Source: Stegostoma tigrinum | Lineage: Eukaryota | Assembly: GCF_030684315.1 (NCBI RefSeq) | Contig: NC_081369.1 | Location: 2,470,689-2,534,688 of the forward strand | Reading direction: 5' to 3' | Length of the DNA: 64,000 nt | In this document: positions 27,503 through 41,100 of the stretch, piece by piece | Numbering within the stretch: the stretch's first letter is position 1 | Layout: each line of letters begins with the position of its first letter | Notes under the pieces: model-generated | The model's input: only the letters and a program-made list of their open reading frames with translations | The model's database searches: none | What the model was told of the DNA's origin: nothing | Made by a program: the position numbers and the translations under genes

Positions 27503-27725
27503 AGATAGCAAGTGCTGCAGATGCTGGAGTTCGTGAAAAAAAGGTGTAGAGCTGGAGGAACACATCAGGCCAGGCAGATTCAAAGGAGCAGGAAAGTTGA
27601 TGTTTTGGGCTGGGATCCTACTTCAGAAACGACTCTTCTGAAGAAGGGTCCCGACCCGAAACGTCTACTTTCCTGCTCTTCTGCTGCTGTTTGGCCTTCC
27701 AGATCCACACTGTGCTGTCCCAGAT
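27503..27725. mobile_element. Mini Penelope fold-back (older); similar decayed copies at ~14525-14780, 38272-38500 and 55996-56175
   Basis: gctgcagatgctggag...cagc/gctg inverted arms. Confidence 0.65.
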
Positions 27726-27759
27726 TTTCACTTTTGAAATGTCTATGTGTTATTTAGAA

Positions 27760-29856
27760 CAGGACGCCTGTATGCTATGCATTGTGTAGAATGGAACCCC
27801 TACATTGTGGAAATCGGCCCTTCAGCCCAACAAGTCCACACCAGACCCACCCCACTATACCCCACCTAGTCTACATATCCCTGAACACTACAGATAATTT
27901 AGCATGGCCTGATCCACCTACACTGCACATCTTTGGACTGTGGGAAGAAACTGGAGCACCCAGAAGAAACCCATGCAGGNNNNNNNNNNNNNNNNNNNNN
28001 NNNNNNNNNNNNNNNNNNNNNNNNNNNNNNNNNNNNNNNNNNNNNNNNNNNNNNNNNNNNNNNNNNNNNNNNNNNNNNNNNNNNNNNNNNNNNNNNNNNN
28101 NNNNNNNNNNNNNNNNNNNNNNNNNNNNNNNNNNNNNNNNNNNNNNNNNNNNNNNNNNNNNNNNNNNNNNNNNNNNNNGAACCCAGTCCCTGGTGCTGTG
28201 AGGCAGCAGTGATAACCACTGAGCCACCGTGCCGTGCAGGTACACGTTTTTTTTTAAACTACATATTAACTGTTCATAATCAAGACACAACGTGAACTGA
28301 AAGCCGTATTGGAAACTGTGCAGACACTTTCTTTCATTGTTATTTTCATGCACTTTTTGCATGTTAAGCATTCACAGAGCTCATTTGTCGCTGTGTTATG
28401 GGGAAGAAAAGATAACATTCAATGAGCATAATAGTTTAAAAATTGGAGAATTAGTCAATTAGGCATAGTAAATTGCGTTGTATTGATGGTCTGCAGCAAG
28501 GATGTTACACGGACAGACCATTCTTCTTGTTTCACCTCAATGTGTATCCTTGGTTGATAGTTGATGTGGGCATTTTGGCCAAAGTAAAACTGGATCTTGG
28601 AAGTGTAACCACACAGAGAGCTTCATCAATTCCTATGCTGTGCCCTTTCTTCTTCAAAATTGATCATTCAAATGTAGTCACTTACTGGTGGAGAGAATAA
28701 CACCTTTCTGTAGGAGGATGAGCAGAAAGTTATTTACTGTAGTGAGAGGAGTGGCCTCCCTTCATCTCCTGAATGAGGCTGTGCAGGACGCTGGAACATA
28801 TCCCTGTGAAGTCAAGTCTTAGCATTGAATGGTTGGGAAAGAAACTGCTGTGCAACATTTTTTTTATGAGAAGTGTCACTGCAAACAAGCATGGTGTCTT
28901 AGCTGCATTTCACATTAGCATTCAACTTCTTCAGAATGAAATTATCATAAGTGTGAGAAACTTGTAGAAACCAGTACAGTGTGAAGATTCCCATCTGCAT
29001 TTCATTGGAAACTTGTATTGAAATGTATCTATCGCAGAATAAGTTAATACCAAACTTCAAAGCCACCCATTGTTCTTTTCTAATCTAAGCATCAGGAAAC
29101 AATTTGAAAAGAGCCAGGTATGATCTGCACTATTGCATATTTTGAGTATCCGGCATCTAATTGAAAATAAAATTGCTGAACGCATTGTTTGGACCATAGG
29201 TGTCACAGTTTCATTGATCGAGAATCCAGTTCCAAACTGGTTGTTACGAGGAGGATGCAGAATAGCATCACAAATATATTTGTAATAATTAATCTGTTTA
29301 TTGTTAGAAATCAATTTTGCTGAACTTGGAAATGGTGCACCAATCATTGTGCTGGGGAGCAGGGGGTCATTGCATATTAAATATAACATTTACTCCCAGC
29401 AAATAATGAATACAAATGCAGAAACTGTGGCCCTGAAAATACAAATGGTTTGTTCATTAAATCGTTGAAGTTTTGCAGTTGGATTCTGATGTTTAGATTT
29501 ATCTGAATTATGTTGTTTACAATGCAGGTTCACCAGGTCCCATGAAAATTGTGACAGTACCATTGGGAGAAGCTTTTTTCATTTTGCAGAGCAGCGCTTT
29601 GTCCTTTTGCCCAAAAGAAGACATTCTTATTTGGCACAAAAACAACACAAAAGTCTATACTGGATTTGGAAATGAAAAACAAGTAAACACAAACAGGCTT
29701 TGAAGTTGTCAGCACGTTAGAGTGTCAGAAGCAGTCGAGTGTGAAACAGTTTACACTTGTCAAGTGCCTTACATTTCAAGCTAATTTCCAGCAAATGTCA
29801 GTTACACTATTGCGAAAGAAGTGTGGGGGCGTCCTGTAAATGTCCACGCAAAGTGA
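27760..29856 (+). pseudogene. V-C1 pseudogene C (close paralogue of the intact gene): leader split by a SINE, V 28561-28868, C1 29528-~29820
   Basis: V VDVGILAKVKLDL..MLCPF..VTYWWRE*..ASLHLLNEAVQDAGTYPC with stops and frameshifts, donor lost. C1 SPGPMKIV..IWHKNN..VYTCQV..FPANVSYT. The leader-V intron matches that of the intact gene. Confidence 0.85.
27980..28178. other. Assembly gap (N run) inside a SINE
   Basis: 199 N; the SINE and paralogue homology continue across it. Confidence 0.98.
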
Positions 29857-30790
29857 CGAATGCCAGCTTCACCAGAGCAGCCCATGTTTGAAAGGCACAA
29901 AATGGTCAACAGGTATTAAAACAAACTGGGAAAGCCTGCTCTAGCATTTCAGTGAAACACATTGGTACCTTTGAACAAGACTATTCCAAGGTCAGGAAAA
30001 GAGTTTAAATACTGACCATCCGAGACAGTTCTGATAAGAAGGTGCCATTGGATGGATAAGTAACTAGTTTGAGCCTCTAATGAAAGGATGCTGACCCCAG
30101 TAAACAAATAACATCAAGTATCAGTCTCAGTCCACGAACCAGCAAGATGAACTCCCTTGAACTTGCTGGAGCAAAAAGTTACATCAAAAGTTATTTTGCA
30201 GGAAATAGTTGCTTCTTAGAATCCACCCGCAATATTACATAGATTCTCGTTAAAAATTCCCGAATCACACAAGTAGTTTTAACATATAACAAAAGTATAA
30301 TACAAGCATGAGGGGAAAAACATTTAAACTTAGGTGTGAAAGTTAATTAGCCTCAGGAAACATTTTGTCTTACACCCTGAGCAAACTAGATTGTTCATTA
30401 CCATTAATTACAAACTGCTTATAGTAAGTGTAGCTGTAGGAGTTTACATTTTACAACAAACTTGATGATAGAAATTAACCTCATACTAATTAGTAAAAAC
30501 AAATTTGTTTATTATTTAGCATATATAATTAGGACAGAGAGAAATTGTAGAGGGAAGGCTGAATTTGATTTAAAAATGCAGATATAATGCAATGAATAAT
30601 AGAACTCAAGTGATAAGAAGCCTGAGACAGATCTGAAGGAGTGCAGCCAGTAACTTTGGAATGTGAATGTCTGGTGAACACTACATGAGCATGGGAAACT
30701 GGGGCTGTCGGTAGGAATGCTCATCCTTAATTTGGTGCCCCATGAGATTGGGTGCATGCATTAATGAGGAAGAACAGTGAATATAGATCA

Positions 30791-33535
30791 GAGATAATGG
30801 GAACTGCAGATGCTGGAGAATCCAAGATAATAAAGTGTGGAGCTGGATGAACACAGCAGGCCAAGCAGCATCTCAGGAGCACAAAAGCTGACGTTTCAGG
30901 CCAGGACCCTTCATCAGAGAGGGGGATGGGGAGACGGTTTTGAAATAAATAGGGAGAGAGGGGGAGGTGGACCGAGATGGAAAGAGGTGAAGATAGGTGG
31001 AGAGGAGAGTATAGGTGGGGAGGTGAGGAGGGGATAGGTCAGTCTGGGGAGGACAGACAGGTCAAGGAGGTGGGATGAGGTTGGTAAGTGGGAAATGGAG
31101 GTGCGGCTTGAGGTGGGAGGAGGGGATAGGTGAGAGGAAGAACAAGTTAGGGAGGAGGGGACGAGCTAGGCTGGTTTTGTGATGCAGCCGGGGGGTCGGG
31201 GGTGGGAGATTTTGAAGCTTGTGAAGTCCACATTGATACCATTGGGCTGCAGGGTTCCCAAGCAGAATATGAAGTGCTGTTCTTGCAACATTCGCGTGGC
31301 GTCATTGTGGCACTGCAGGAGGCCCATGATGGACATTTTGTCTAAGAAATGGGAGGGGGAGTTAAAATGTTTCACGGCTGGGAGGTGCAGTTGTTTATTG
31401 CGAACTGAGCGGAGGTGTTCTGCAAAGTGGTCCCCAAGCCTCTGCTTGGTTTCCCCAATGTAGAAGATGCCACTGTATTGTACAGTGGATACAATATACA
31501 ACATTGGCAGATGTGCTGGTGAACATCTGCTTAATATGGAAAGCCATCTTGTGGCCTGGGATGGGGTTGAGGGAGGAGGTGTGGGGGCAAGTGTAGCACT
31601 CCCTCCGGTTGCAGGGGAAGGTGACGGGAATGGTGGGGTTGGAGGGGAGTGTGGAGTGGACAAGGGAGTCACGGAGACAGTGATCTCTCCGCAAGGCAGA
31701 CAAGGGTGGGGATGGAAAAACATCTTGGGTGGTGGGGTCGGATTGTAGATGGCGGAAGTGTCAGAGGATGCTGTGTTGTATGCGGAGGTTGGTGGGGTGG
31801 TATGTGAGGACAAGGGGGATTCTCTTGGGGCGATTATTACAGGGGCGGGATATGAGAGATGTGTTGCGGGAAATGTGGGAGATACGGTCAAGGGCGTTCT
31901 CGACCACTGCGGGGGGGATGTTGCGGTCCTTGAAGAATGCGTCATCTGGGATGTGCGGGAGTGATATGCCTCATCCTGGGAGCAGATGCAATGGAGGCAA
32001 AGGAATTGGAATAGGTGATGGAATTTTTGCAGGGGGGTGGGTGGGAGGAAGTGTATTGTAGGCAGCTGTGGGAGTTGGTGGGCGTGAAGTGAACATCAGT
32101 TTCTAGCTGGTTGCCTGACATGGACACAGAGAGGTCCAGGGAGGTGAGGGATGTGTTGGAGATGGCCCAGGTGAACTTGAGGTTGGGGTGGAAGGTGTTG
32201 GTGAAGTGGATGAACTGTTCAAGCTCCTCTTGGGAGCAACAGGCGGTGCCGATACAGTCATCAATGTAATGGAGGAAGAGGTGGGGTTTGGGGCCAGTGT
32301 AGGTGCAGAAGAGGGACTGTTCCACGTAGCCTACAAAGAGGCAGGCATAGCTTGGGCCCATGCAGGTGCCCATGGCCACCCCCTTTGTCTGTAGCAAGTG
32401 GGAGGAATCAAAAGAGAAGTAGTGGAGGGTGTGGGCAAGTTCGGCTAGGTGGATGAGGGTGTCGGTGGAGGAGGACTGGTTGGGCCTGCGGGACAGGAAG
32501 AAGCGGAGGGCCTTAAGGCCTACTGCGTGCGGAATGCAGGTGTATAGGGACTGGACGTCCATGGTGAAAATGAGGCATTGGGGGCCAGGGAATTGGAAGT
32601 TCTGGAGGAGGTGGATGGCGTGGGTGGTGTCACGGACGTAGGTGGGGAGGTCCTAGTCCAAGGAGGAGAAAATGGAGTCCAGATAGGTGGAGATGTGTTC
32701 GGTGGGGCAGGAGGAGGCGGAGACAATGGGTCGGCCAAGGCAGGCAGGTTTGTGGATTTTGGGTAGGAGATAGAAGCGGGCAGTGCGGGATTGGGAAACA
32801 ATGAGGTTGGAGGCTGTGGGTGGGAGGTCACTTGAGGTGAAAAGGTGATGGATGGTGTTAGAGATGATGGTTTGGTGCTCAGGGGTGGGGTCATGATCAA
32901 GGGGGCGATAGAAGGAAGTGTTGGAGATTTGGCATTTGGCCTTGGCGATGTAGAGGTCAGCGGGTTTGATGGGGAGGTTGGGGTTGGAGCAGAGGGAGCG
33001 GAGGGCTGCCCATTCTGTGGGGGAGAGGTTCGAGTGACTGAGAGGGGTGGAGAGGTTGAGGTGGTTAATGTCTCGACAGCAGTTGGAGATGAAGAGGTCA
33101 AGGGAGGGTAGGAGGCATGGGGGTGGTGTCCAGGAGGAGGGCTTGTGTTGGAGGCAGGTGGAGGGATAAGTGGAGGGACGGTTGGGCTCCCGGTTAAAGA
33201 AGTAAGCGTGGAGGCGAAGGCAGCGGAAAAACTGCTCGATGTCCAAACGTGACTGGTATTCGTTGATGTGTCAGTGGAGGGGGACAAATGTGATCCCCTT
33301 GTTTAGGACTGACCGTTTGTTCTCAGTCAGTGGGAGGTCTTGGGGGGAAGGTGAAGATTCGGCAGGGCTCAGCGTGGCTGTCTTCTCTGGGGTTGCTGGT
33401 GGTGGGCGGTGTTCCATCAGCAGTGGGCAGAGCTGCGTTGGCGGTGCGGCGTCTGGAGTTGGACGAGCGGGGTGGGCGGCAGCAGCAGCGGTGAGGGTGA
33501 TGTTTGTGGTGTTTGCTGTGTTTGATTATTGGAAC
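30791..33535 (-). mobile_element. Near full-length degenerate Penelope-like element (RT + GIY-YIG)
   Basis: ORFs 32653-33246, 31942-32562 and 31166-31945 carry PKIHKP..GRPIVS, YIDD and YIGET motifs with frameshifts; absent from the paralogous blocks. Confidence 0.92.
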
Positions 33536-33859
33536 AGAAAATGTGTAAAATGCTGTATTTCACTGTAAAAATCAGGGTGTGTCATTGATCTCCCTTCCGA
33601 TTCAGGGAAGGTTCTTTGGCCCTCTCCCTGCATCAAGTGGGTTTTGCTTAAATAAACATCTTCCACATGGCTGAATCCTGCCTGCCTCCTCATACTTTGT
33701 CCCTGATGGACAGTACACTCCCTACATCAATACTTGCACAAAAACGGTTTACGCGGTTTGGTATCCAGTTCACAGCCTTGAATGTGGATTCATTCACTTT
33801 GCTTCCTATAATTGGTGAGTAAATGTTGATACATTACCCAAGGCCCCTCCTTTCAAACA

Positions 33860-35215
33860 AAACCAAAGGAACTGCGAATGTTGTAAATCAGGAATAAAAA
33901 CAAAATCAGGAACTTTCCTTGTTCTATCCAATTGTGGCCCCTGCCCACAACTCTTTTTCCAATACATCAATGATATTATCGGTGCTGCTTCCCTCTCTCA
34001 TCTAGAATTGGAAAACTACATCGATTTTGCCTCCAATTTCCACCTTGCCCTCACTTTCACCTGGTCTATCTCGGACTCACCCCTACACTTCCTCGATATT
34101 TCTGTTTCCATTTCTGGGGATAGACTGGCCACTAATATCCATTACAAACCCATTGACTCCCACAGCTACCTGAACAATATATCCTTACACCTTACTTGCT
34201 CTAAAGACTCCATCCCAATCTCTCAGTTCCTCCACCTCCTTCGCATATGTTCAGATGAAGACAGCTTCAACAGGGAGCCTCCGAAATGTCCACCTTCTTC
34301 CTCATCCAAGGATTTCCCAGCTCCATTGTCGACAGGGGCCTCAACCAGGGCTGACCCATCTCCCACGCTTCCGCCATCACCCCTTCTCTTCCCTGTCACA
34401 ATAGCGATGGGGTTCCACTTGCCCTCAACTAGCATCTACAAACAGAAGATTATCAGGCGCCGTTTCCACCACCTGCAGCAAGATGTCAGAATGAGACACA
34501 TATTCCCTTCCCCTCCCTTGTCAACTTTCCACAGGGACCATTCCCTGTGGGACACCCTAGTCCACACTTCCTTCACCCGCAATACCCCCTCACAGCCCTA
34601 TGGCACCTTCCCCTGTAACTGGCAAAGGTGCAACACCTTCCCATTTACCTCCTCTCTTCCCTGTATCCAAGAGCCCACGCTTACCTTCCAGGTGAAGCAA
34701 CACTTCACCTGCACTTCCCAGAACCTAGTCTACTGCATTCGCTGCTCACAGTGTGGTCTCCTCCACTTTGGGGAAACAAAGCATAGAATAGGTGACTGCT
34801 TCGCAGACATCTACGTTCTGGTCACCAGAAAGATCCTGAACTACCCATCACCTTCCACTTTAACACACCACCTTGCTCCCTGACTAACATATCTGTCTCT
34901 GGCTTGCTGCAGTGCTCCTGCGAAACCCAATGCAAGCTGGAAGAGCAACACCTCATTTTCTGCTTGGGGACCCTACAGCCCTCCAGTCCCAATGTTGAGC
35001 TCAATAATTTTAGGACCTAAACTCTGCCATGTCCAGCCCCCTACCCCATAGACCAGGCCTTGTAACCACATAGCCTGCTATTATGCTCAACTGTTATTCG
35101 TCACTAATAGTCGGCATTAACAACTATTCACACTCCCCGTTGTTATCAACTCTTTGTCTGTCCAACTGCTTTTCTCTCTCTTTAGGCTCAATCCTATTGT
35201 TTACTCCTTACCCCA
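33860..35215 (+). mobile_element. Older Penelope-like fragment (RT thumb + GIY-YIG)
   Basis: ORF 34008-34883: FLDISVSISGDRLATNIHYKP..NLVYCIRCSQCGLLHFGETK. Confidence 0.85.
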
Positions 35216-35579
35216 TTGGCTGGAATCTATCATCTTGTTACTTTTAAAATATACAATAAACTTGAGGACATGTGTTCCAAAAGTTCCTGGATCTGTGAAA
35301 GAAACAAAAAATGCCTCATGCTGTTTTCAATGTTCACTCTCTGATTTTTTTTGTAAACCATGATCCCTCGTTCTGAATCTTCCAAAAGAGGAAAATCTCT
35401 ACATCTACCTTGTCAAGACCCCTCAATATTTTACATGTTTCAATCAATCAACCTGTTCCTGTTTGCAGCTGTCCAATCTTTTCCCACAAGTTAAACAGAA
35501 TTTGCCATCATCTGTATTGCCTCTTCCGAGCTAATTCACAACTTTCCAAGCAGTCTTTCAAAACTCTTCAGACTGATAA

Positions 35580-35811
35580 AGATAACAAGGTGTAGAGCTG
35601 GATGAACACAGCAGGCCAAGCATCATCAGAGAAGCAGGAAAGCTGACATTTCAGGTCTGGACCCTTCCTTTGAATTTTTTCAGAACATTTTCTGAAGAAA
35701 TGTCCAGACCCAAAACTTTCCTGCTCCTCTGATGCTGCTTGGCCTGCTGTGTTCATCCAGCTCGAAACCGTGTTATCTCAGATTCTCCAGCATTGGCAGT
35801 TCCTACTATCT
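35580..35811. mobile_element. Mini Penelope fold-back (older)
   Basis: Inverted termini; TSD ctcttcaga(c)tgataa; absent from the paralogous arm near 50145. Confidence 0.75.
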
Positions 35812-36259
35812 CTCTTCAGATGATAATCATTTTTGTTTTTGTGTACTTGTAAGCTTTTGATAGATGAATTAGAAAAATCATTCATGCCAGCAACAAGTTC
35901 ACAATAAAACAATGTTAATAGATTAGATAGTTATATTTTCCAAATCAATTCAATCCAGAGAACTTGCCACAATATAATCAGTGAAGCACAGTAATTTATT
36001 TGGAAGCTATATTGGTTGTGTGCCATTTTTGAGAAAACAATACACAAATGTATTGAAAGTAATGCTTAGCCATGTATCAACACAATGTGTTCAAATATAA
36101 ATTGATTTCTTTTTCTGATTTCATTTCCACTTCAATAAAGAATAATGCTACATTTTCATTGTTCGGAAACATTCATGAGTCATGCCATCTTGTCCTACTA
36201 TGCCATATTACAATGAGAGTGCAATGTTAAACAGTCCTGGTGTGCGAATGGAGGAGAGA

Positions 36260-37012
36260 GGGTGAGAAAAGTCATAAAGCCAAAGTACAAAGGGATCTGG
36301 GAGTCCTAGTCCAGGATTCTTTAAAGGTTAACTTGCGGGTTCAGTCCGTGATTAAGAAAGAGAATGTAATGATGTCACTTATCTCAAGAGGGTTGGAATA
36401 TAAAAGCAGTGATGTGCTTTTGAGACTTTATAAAGCTCTACTTAGGCCCCATTCAGAATACTGTGTCCAATTTTGGGCCCCACACCTCAGGAAGGACATC
36501 CTGGCACTGGAGTGTGTCCAGCTAAGATTCACACGGATGATCCCTGGAATGGTAGGTGTAACCAACAATGAACGGCTGAGGATCCTGGGATTGTATTCAT
36601 TAGAGTTTAGATGGTTGAGGGGAGATCTAAGAAACATACAAGACATGCATGGCATAGAAAGGGTGGATGCTGGGAGGTTGTTTCCATTCGGTGGGGAGAC
36701 TAGGACCCATGGGCACTGCCTGAGAATTAGAGGCGGTAAATTTAGAATGGAAATGAGGAGACACTTCTTCAGCCAGAGAGTGGTGGGCCTATGGAATTCA
36801 TTGCCACGGAGCACAGTGGAGGCCGGGACGTTAAATGTCTTCAAGGCAGAGATTGATAATTTCTTGATCTCACAAGGAATTAAGGGCTATGGGGAGAGTG
36901 AGGGTAAGTGGAGTTGAAATGCCCATCAGTCATGATTAAATGGCAGAGTGGACTTGATGGGCCGAATGGCCTTACTTCCACTCCTATGTCTTATGGTCTT
37001 ATGGTCTTATGA
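36260..37012 (+). mobile_element. CR1 LINE 3' end
   Basis: ORF 36240-36917 RT C-terminus; tail of ttatggtc repeats; absent from the paralogous arm. Confidence 0.9.
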
Positions 37013-38000
37013 CCAGTGATGGTGCATCAGTCTGCACTGTCTGGGCACAGTGCCACTCTATACTGAACTAAAATTTGAAGAAGAAACTGCCAATTATGAA
37101 CTGAAGCAAATTAACTGAGCAAAATGAACCACCAAAATATCAGAGAGATAAGCAATCAGATCTCTTCAGCTTTCTGGATGTGGAATAATCAACACAAACA
37201 AACATTCTCACAGTAACGGCAAGAGGACAAACAGGATTAAAACTGCTGCCACAGTGGAAGCAGAAAGAAGTATCTATTCAAGCTAGAAAAAAAAAAGAGT
37301 GAAACACAAACAAGTTAAGGACAGTAGCCAAAAGAAGCCTTGTGAACATTTGTCACAGTAAATCCCATCATTTCAAGGCCAAATGCACAGACTGGAGAAA
37401 GGGAAAGAAAATATCAGCATTGCCCCGTGTTGCCAATGCAAGCAGAATTATGATGAATATCTGACGATACACAAACACAGAGAAAAACACTCAGTAATAA
37501 CCTTCATGATCAATATGTCAAACTTCATGCAAATTGAAAGGGCATAAGGAGGTCCTGGACAGTCAAAAATAATTGAGTTGTGATTTTTAGTTGTAACTGT
37601 TGCACAAATTTTAAAGCTGAAATGAATTGGATCCAGGTGATATTACTCGAAGGGAAGAAATTCATCCATATATTTGCAAAATTATGAAAGGGTTTATACA
37701 AGTAAAATAACTGTTTAAATTTGATAAGAAACATAATCATCTCTGTAATAAAAACTGCTTCTATCTTTTTAGCGTAGTTTTGTTTTCCCAAATCGGAGGC
37801 TGCTTTTCACAACTGCATACAGTGGACTATTTTCTTGGTGTTTGGATTTCGATGATGGACTGGAATCATTGAATTTCAGAGCAAGGTAAATCAGTCTGCA
37901 GTCTGTCATGCTTTGTTTTGTCTGAAAAACAGCATTGAGACTGAATTACCATTCATTTAAATCATTCTAGATGAAAATTGCATGCAGGCAACTTTCAACA

Positions 38001-38174
38001 TCATTTCATAATCAACTCATTATGATGAATGAACTCATTATTTATACATGAGATCTTAAAAGTACCTCTGTATATTGTGGTATAGTCCTGTTGTTTTAGC
38101 ATTATGTCATCCTCAGAGCCAACTCGATTAAGAGCAGCATATGTCAGCTTATCCTCAGGCATCTTCCGTTTTCT
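38001..38174 (-). CDS. Terminal cytoplasmic exon with ITIM LTYAAL (38130-38147)
   Basis: ctctag|AGA phase-0 acceptor matches the phase-0 end of exon 40787-40741; RKRKMPEDKLTYAALNRVGSEDDIMLKQQDYTTIYRG...MK*. Confidence 0.75.
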   Translation of the reverse strand, partial: RKRKMPEDKLTYAALNRVGSEDDIMLKQQDYTTIYRGTFKISCINNEFIHHNELIMK

Positions 38175-41100
38175 CTAGAGAGTTAAGATTCAATATTCAT
38201 TTGGTTGTTTTATTTTGGTGTAAAGAGATGCATATACATTCTTAGCATGGACAATTAGTTTGTCGTACTATAAAACAACAAATGCTGGAGATCGCAGTGG
38301 CTCAGGTAACATCCACGAAGGGAGAGCAAGTTAATGTTTCCAGACTAGATGATTCTTCATCACAGTTCTGCTGAAGATTCATCCATACTCAAAATACGAG
38401 CTTTCTCCCTCCGTGGATGCTGTCTGATCTGCTGTGATCTTCAGCATTTGTTGTTTTCAGGACAGATTTCAATATCTACAGTGATGTGTTCCTACAGATT
38501 GTTGTACTGACTTTGCTAACACTTCACTACAATCATTACATTTTCCTCTTTCTGACTTTGAACTGTTTCTTACGAGGAACAGCACATCTATTCACAAGCA
38601 AACATTATTTTCTGATATTATTAATGTTAATCTAATTTTAATTTAAAGTTACATTTGTCAGTTCAATTTAATTTGGGTTTTAAATTCTGAGGGGTGAATT
38701 CCTGTCTTATTACATTCTGCTACAAATTGAACATGCAATAACATTTATTAAATGCAAAAAAAAACTTGACTTTGTTTAGGAACGATAAAAATAAACACAG
38801 ATCCCATTGCTTCACACTAAAATTATAAGTGGCAATTATTTGAAATGAATTAATAACGTCGTTCTGAGGAAAGGTCACGACCTAGAACATTAACTCTGAT
38901 TTCTCTCTGCAGCTGCTGCCAGATCTGCTGAGCTTTTCCAGCAATTTATTTTTTTGTCAGTGGATAGATGGAGGATGGACGGTGCAGGATTGGCCTAAAC
39001 ATTCCCTCACATTAAATTAGCTACATTAGTGAGCCAACTCGAGAGAAGGAATAACTGTACTTACCACTGCTATTTGAAATTTAATTTTAGAATCACCCTG
39101 TTCATTTCTGAATAAGGGAAAGTAATTATTTCAATGGGCCATCTGAATGGTAATAAATAAAAGTGCTGAAATCTGAAGTGAAGACACAAGTGTAGTGCAT
39201 TTTCAGTCAGAAAATGTGCCAACTATTTTGGGAGGAATATATTCAGGTAACTGACAATGAAAAAATGTGACAAGTATGGTGCGCTTTTGTCGAACAGTTA
39301 AGCCACAATATTTTAGTGCTCTAAGGTATACTCTTTGGTCTTCTGTGGAGTATTTCTCAGTCATAGCTAATTTTGTTTTCTCTTTCCATCTGATCCACTG
39401 CTCATGAAACAATAAAACACAGGCTAGGCATTGCACCTGGACATCAGAGGACTTTATTCTGTCACTGACAGCAGAGCAGCTGCAACATTTCACAGAAAGA
39501 TGTGCAGTAATGGAGTAAAGACTTTGGCATAATTTTCTGAAGACCTCCAAGAAAGGCTTGTCATTTATGCTGCACCTGCAGTACGTCAGTGAGTGTATTC
39601 TGCATGAAGTACTATTTTTAATAGGATGTGAGCCTCAGTAGCAAGGCCAGTATTTGGTGCCAATAACTGTTTACTATTGAGAGTCCAACAGCACATCAGG
39701 TTTCTTGACTGACTGCAGTCCAACATTGTTGTCAGGGAGAGTGTTGCAATAAAAGAGGAGGGTACTTTTTGCAGTATTATACACAAGGAAGGAAATGTAT
39801 TTTTTTTTAAATAAAGCAACTTCAGATCCACGACTGAAACTGAGATGATAAAGCATTTGAATTAACTTCAAGACTCTGACTGTTTCAAAATGTATTTAAA
39901 GAGGCTACATCTGCTGATCTGCACTGCATTGAATTGCAGTCAAGAAAAACAATGTGTAATTACATTGTGTCATCTGGACAGTGCAAACAAACCACTGTCG
40001 GGTAATCCTGAGTAAGTCCCACCTGCTCCTTTTCAGTTGCCATAGCTCGGAAGGTGTTTCTCATAAGTTACTGATATCCACATTTGAAAATTAAAAATAA
40101 GAGATGTTTGCATCACAACAGCTTGTTGATTTTTTTTCCCCCAAGATTGTATGTTGCTGTAGCAGAGAGTTCACTAGCAGAGAGACAGCCGAGAGCGTAA
40201 GCTTTCTAAGGAAGCCAATTTGTACAAGCCGTCTGCATAATACATTGAGTTCTTTGGCAGAGTTGCTTGGTAGGAGACAGACGTAATCACCTAACTCTGA
40301 CTAATGCTTAAGTGAATTGAGAATGGCATAGAAAGGGAGAAGAAAACAATATTGTCTCTTTATTTTCCATGGAACCTATCAGAGTGGTCATCACCACAAT
40401 ATAATCAACATTGATTATAATGTAATCAATGTGGCAAAATTATTCAAAATTATTCAGCACTCTGTCACTTGTGAAGTTTGAAAGAAAACAGAAATCAAAG
40501 CTGGTTGTCGGCTTCAAACCCATGTTTGATGATTCAACATCATTGTAACAGTTGTGAAACTTGCTGCCATTTTCTATTTGTTTTATTTTGTTTTTATTTA
40601 GTTGAAGTTGTGTTTTTGAGAGCTGATGAAATCTTCATTACTTAACTTGACATGTTAGGAATACACATTTGTGTTCCCAGCTTAACTGTTCAACTAGACT
40701 TGAAAGTTAAAACAGACAGAGTAAACTAAATTTGTCTTACCACATCATCATGCTGAGCTGGATTTATTGTTTTTTTCTGTGCCCCACCTGAGAAACAACA
40801 AAGACATAAGTCAGCAACAAAAACAGCAGATAATTGTACTCATCAGCCCCAACCAATGAAACCAAAAGATATTTGACTTCTATTCGACATTTGTAAACAG
40901 GGTACAACAGGAAAAACAGTTTCACAATACAGCTCTAAATGTTACACACAGATGCTTTGAATTTATGTTTTGAGGGTTAAAGCTATAGAAACATTTTTCA
41001 GCAAAGAATTTTACCATCACAACTTTGATCTACACCGATACAACTTCTCAAAGTGAAACTTCAAATTTTCTTCTTATTTTATGTTTGATGTGAAGCACGG

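Noticed and set aside
27782-28371. ORFs spanning the N run
   Set aside because: Artefacts of translating an assembly gap within a SINE.
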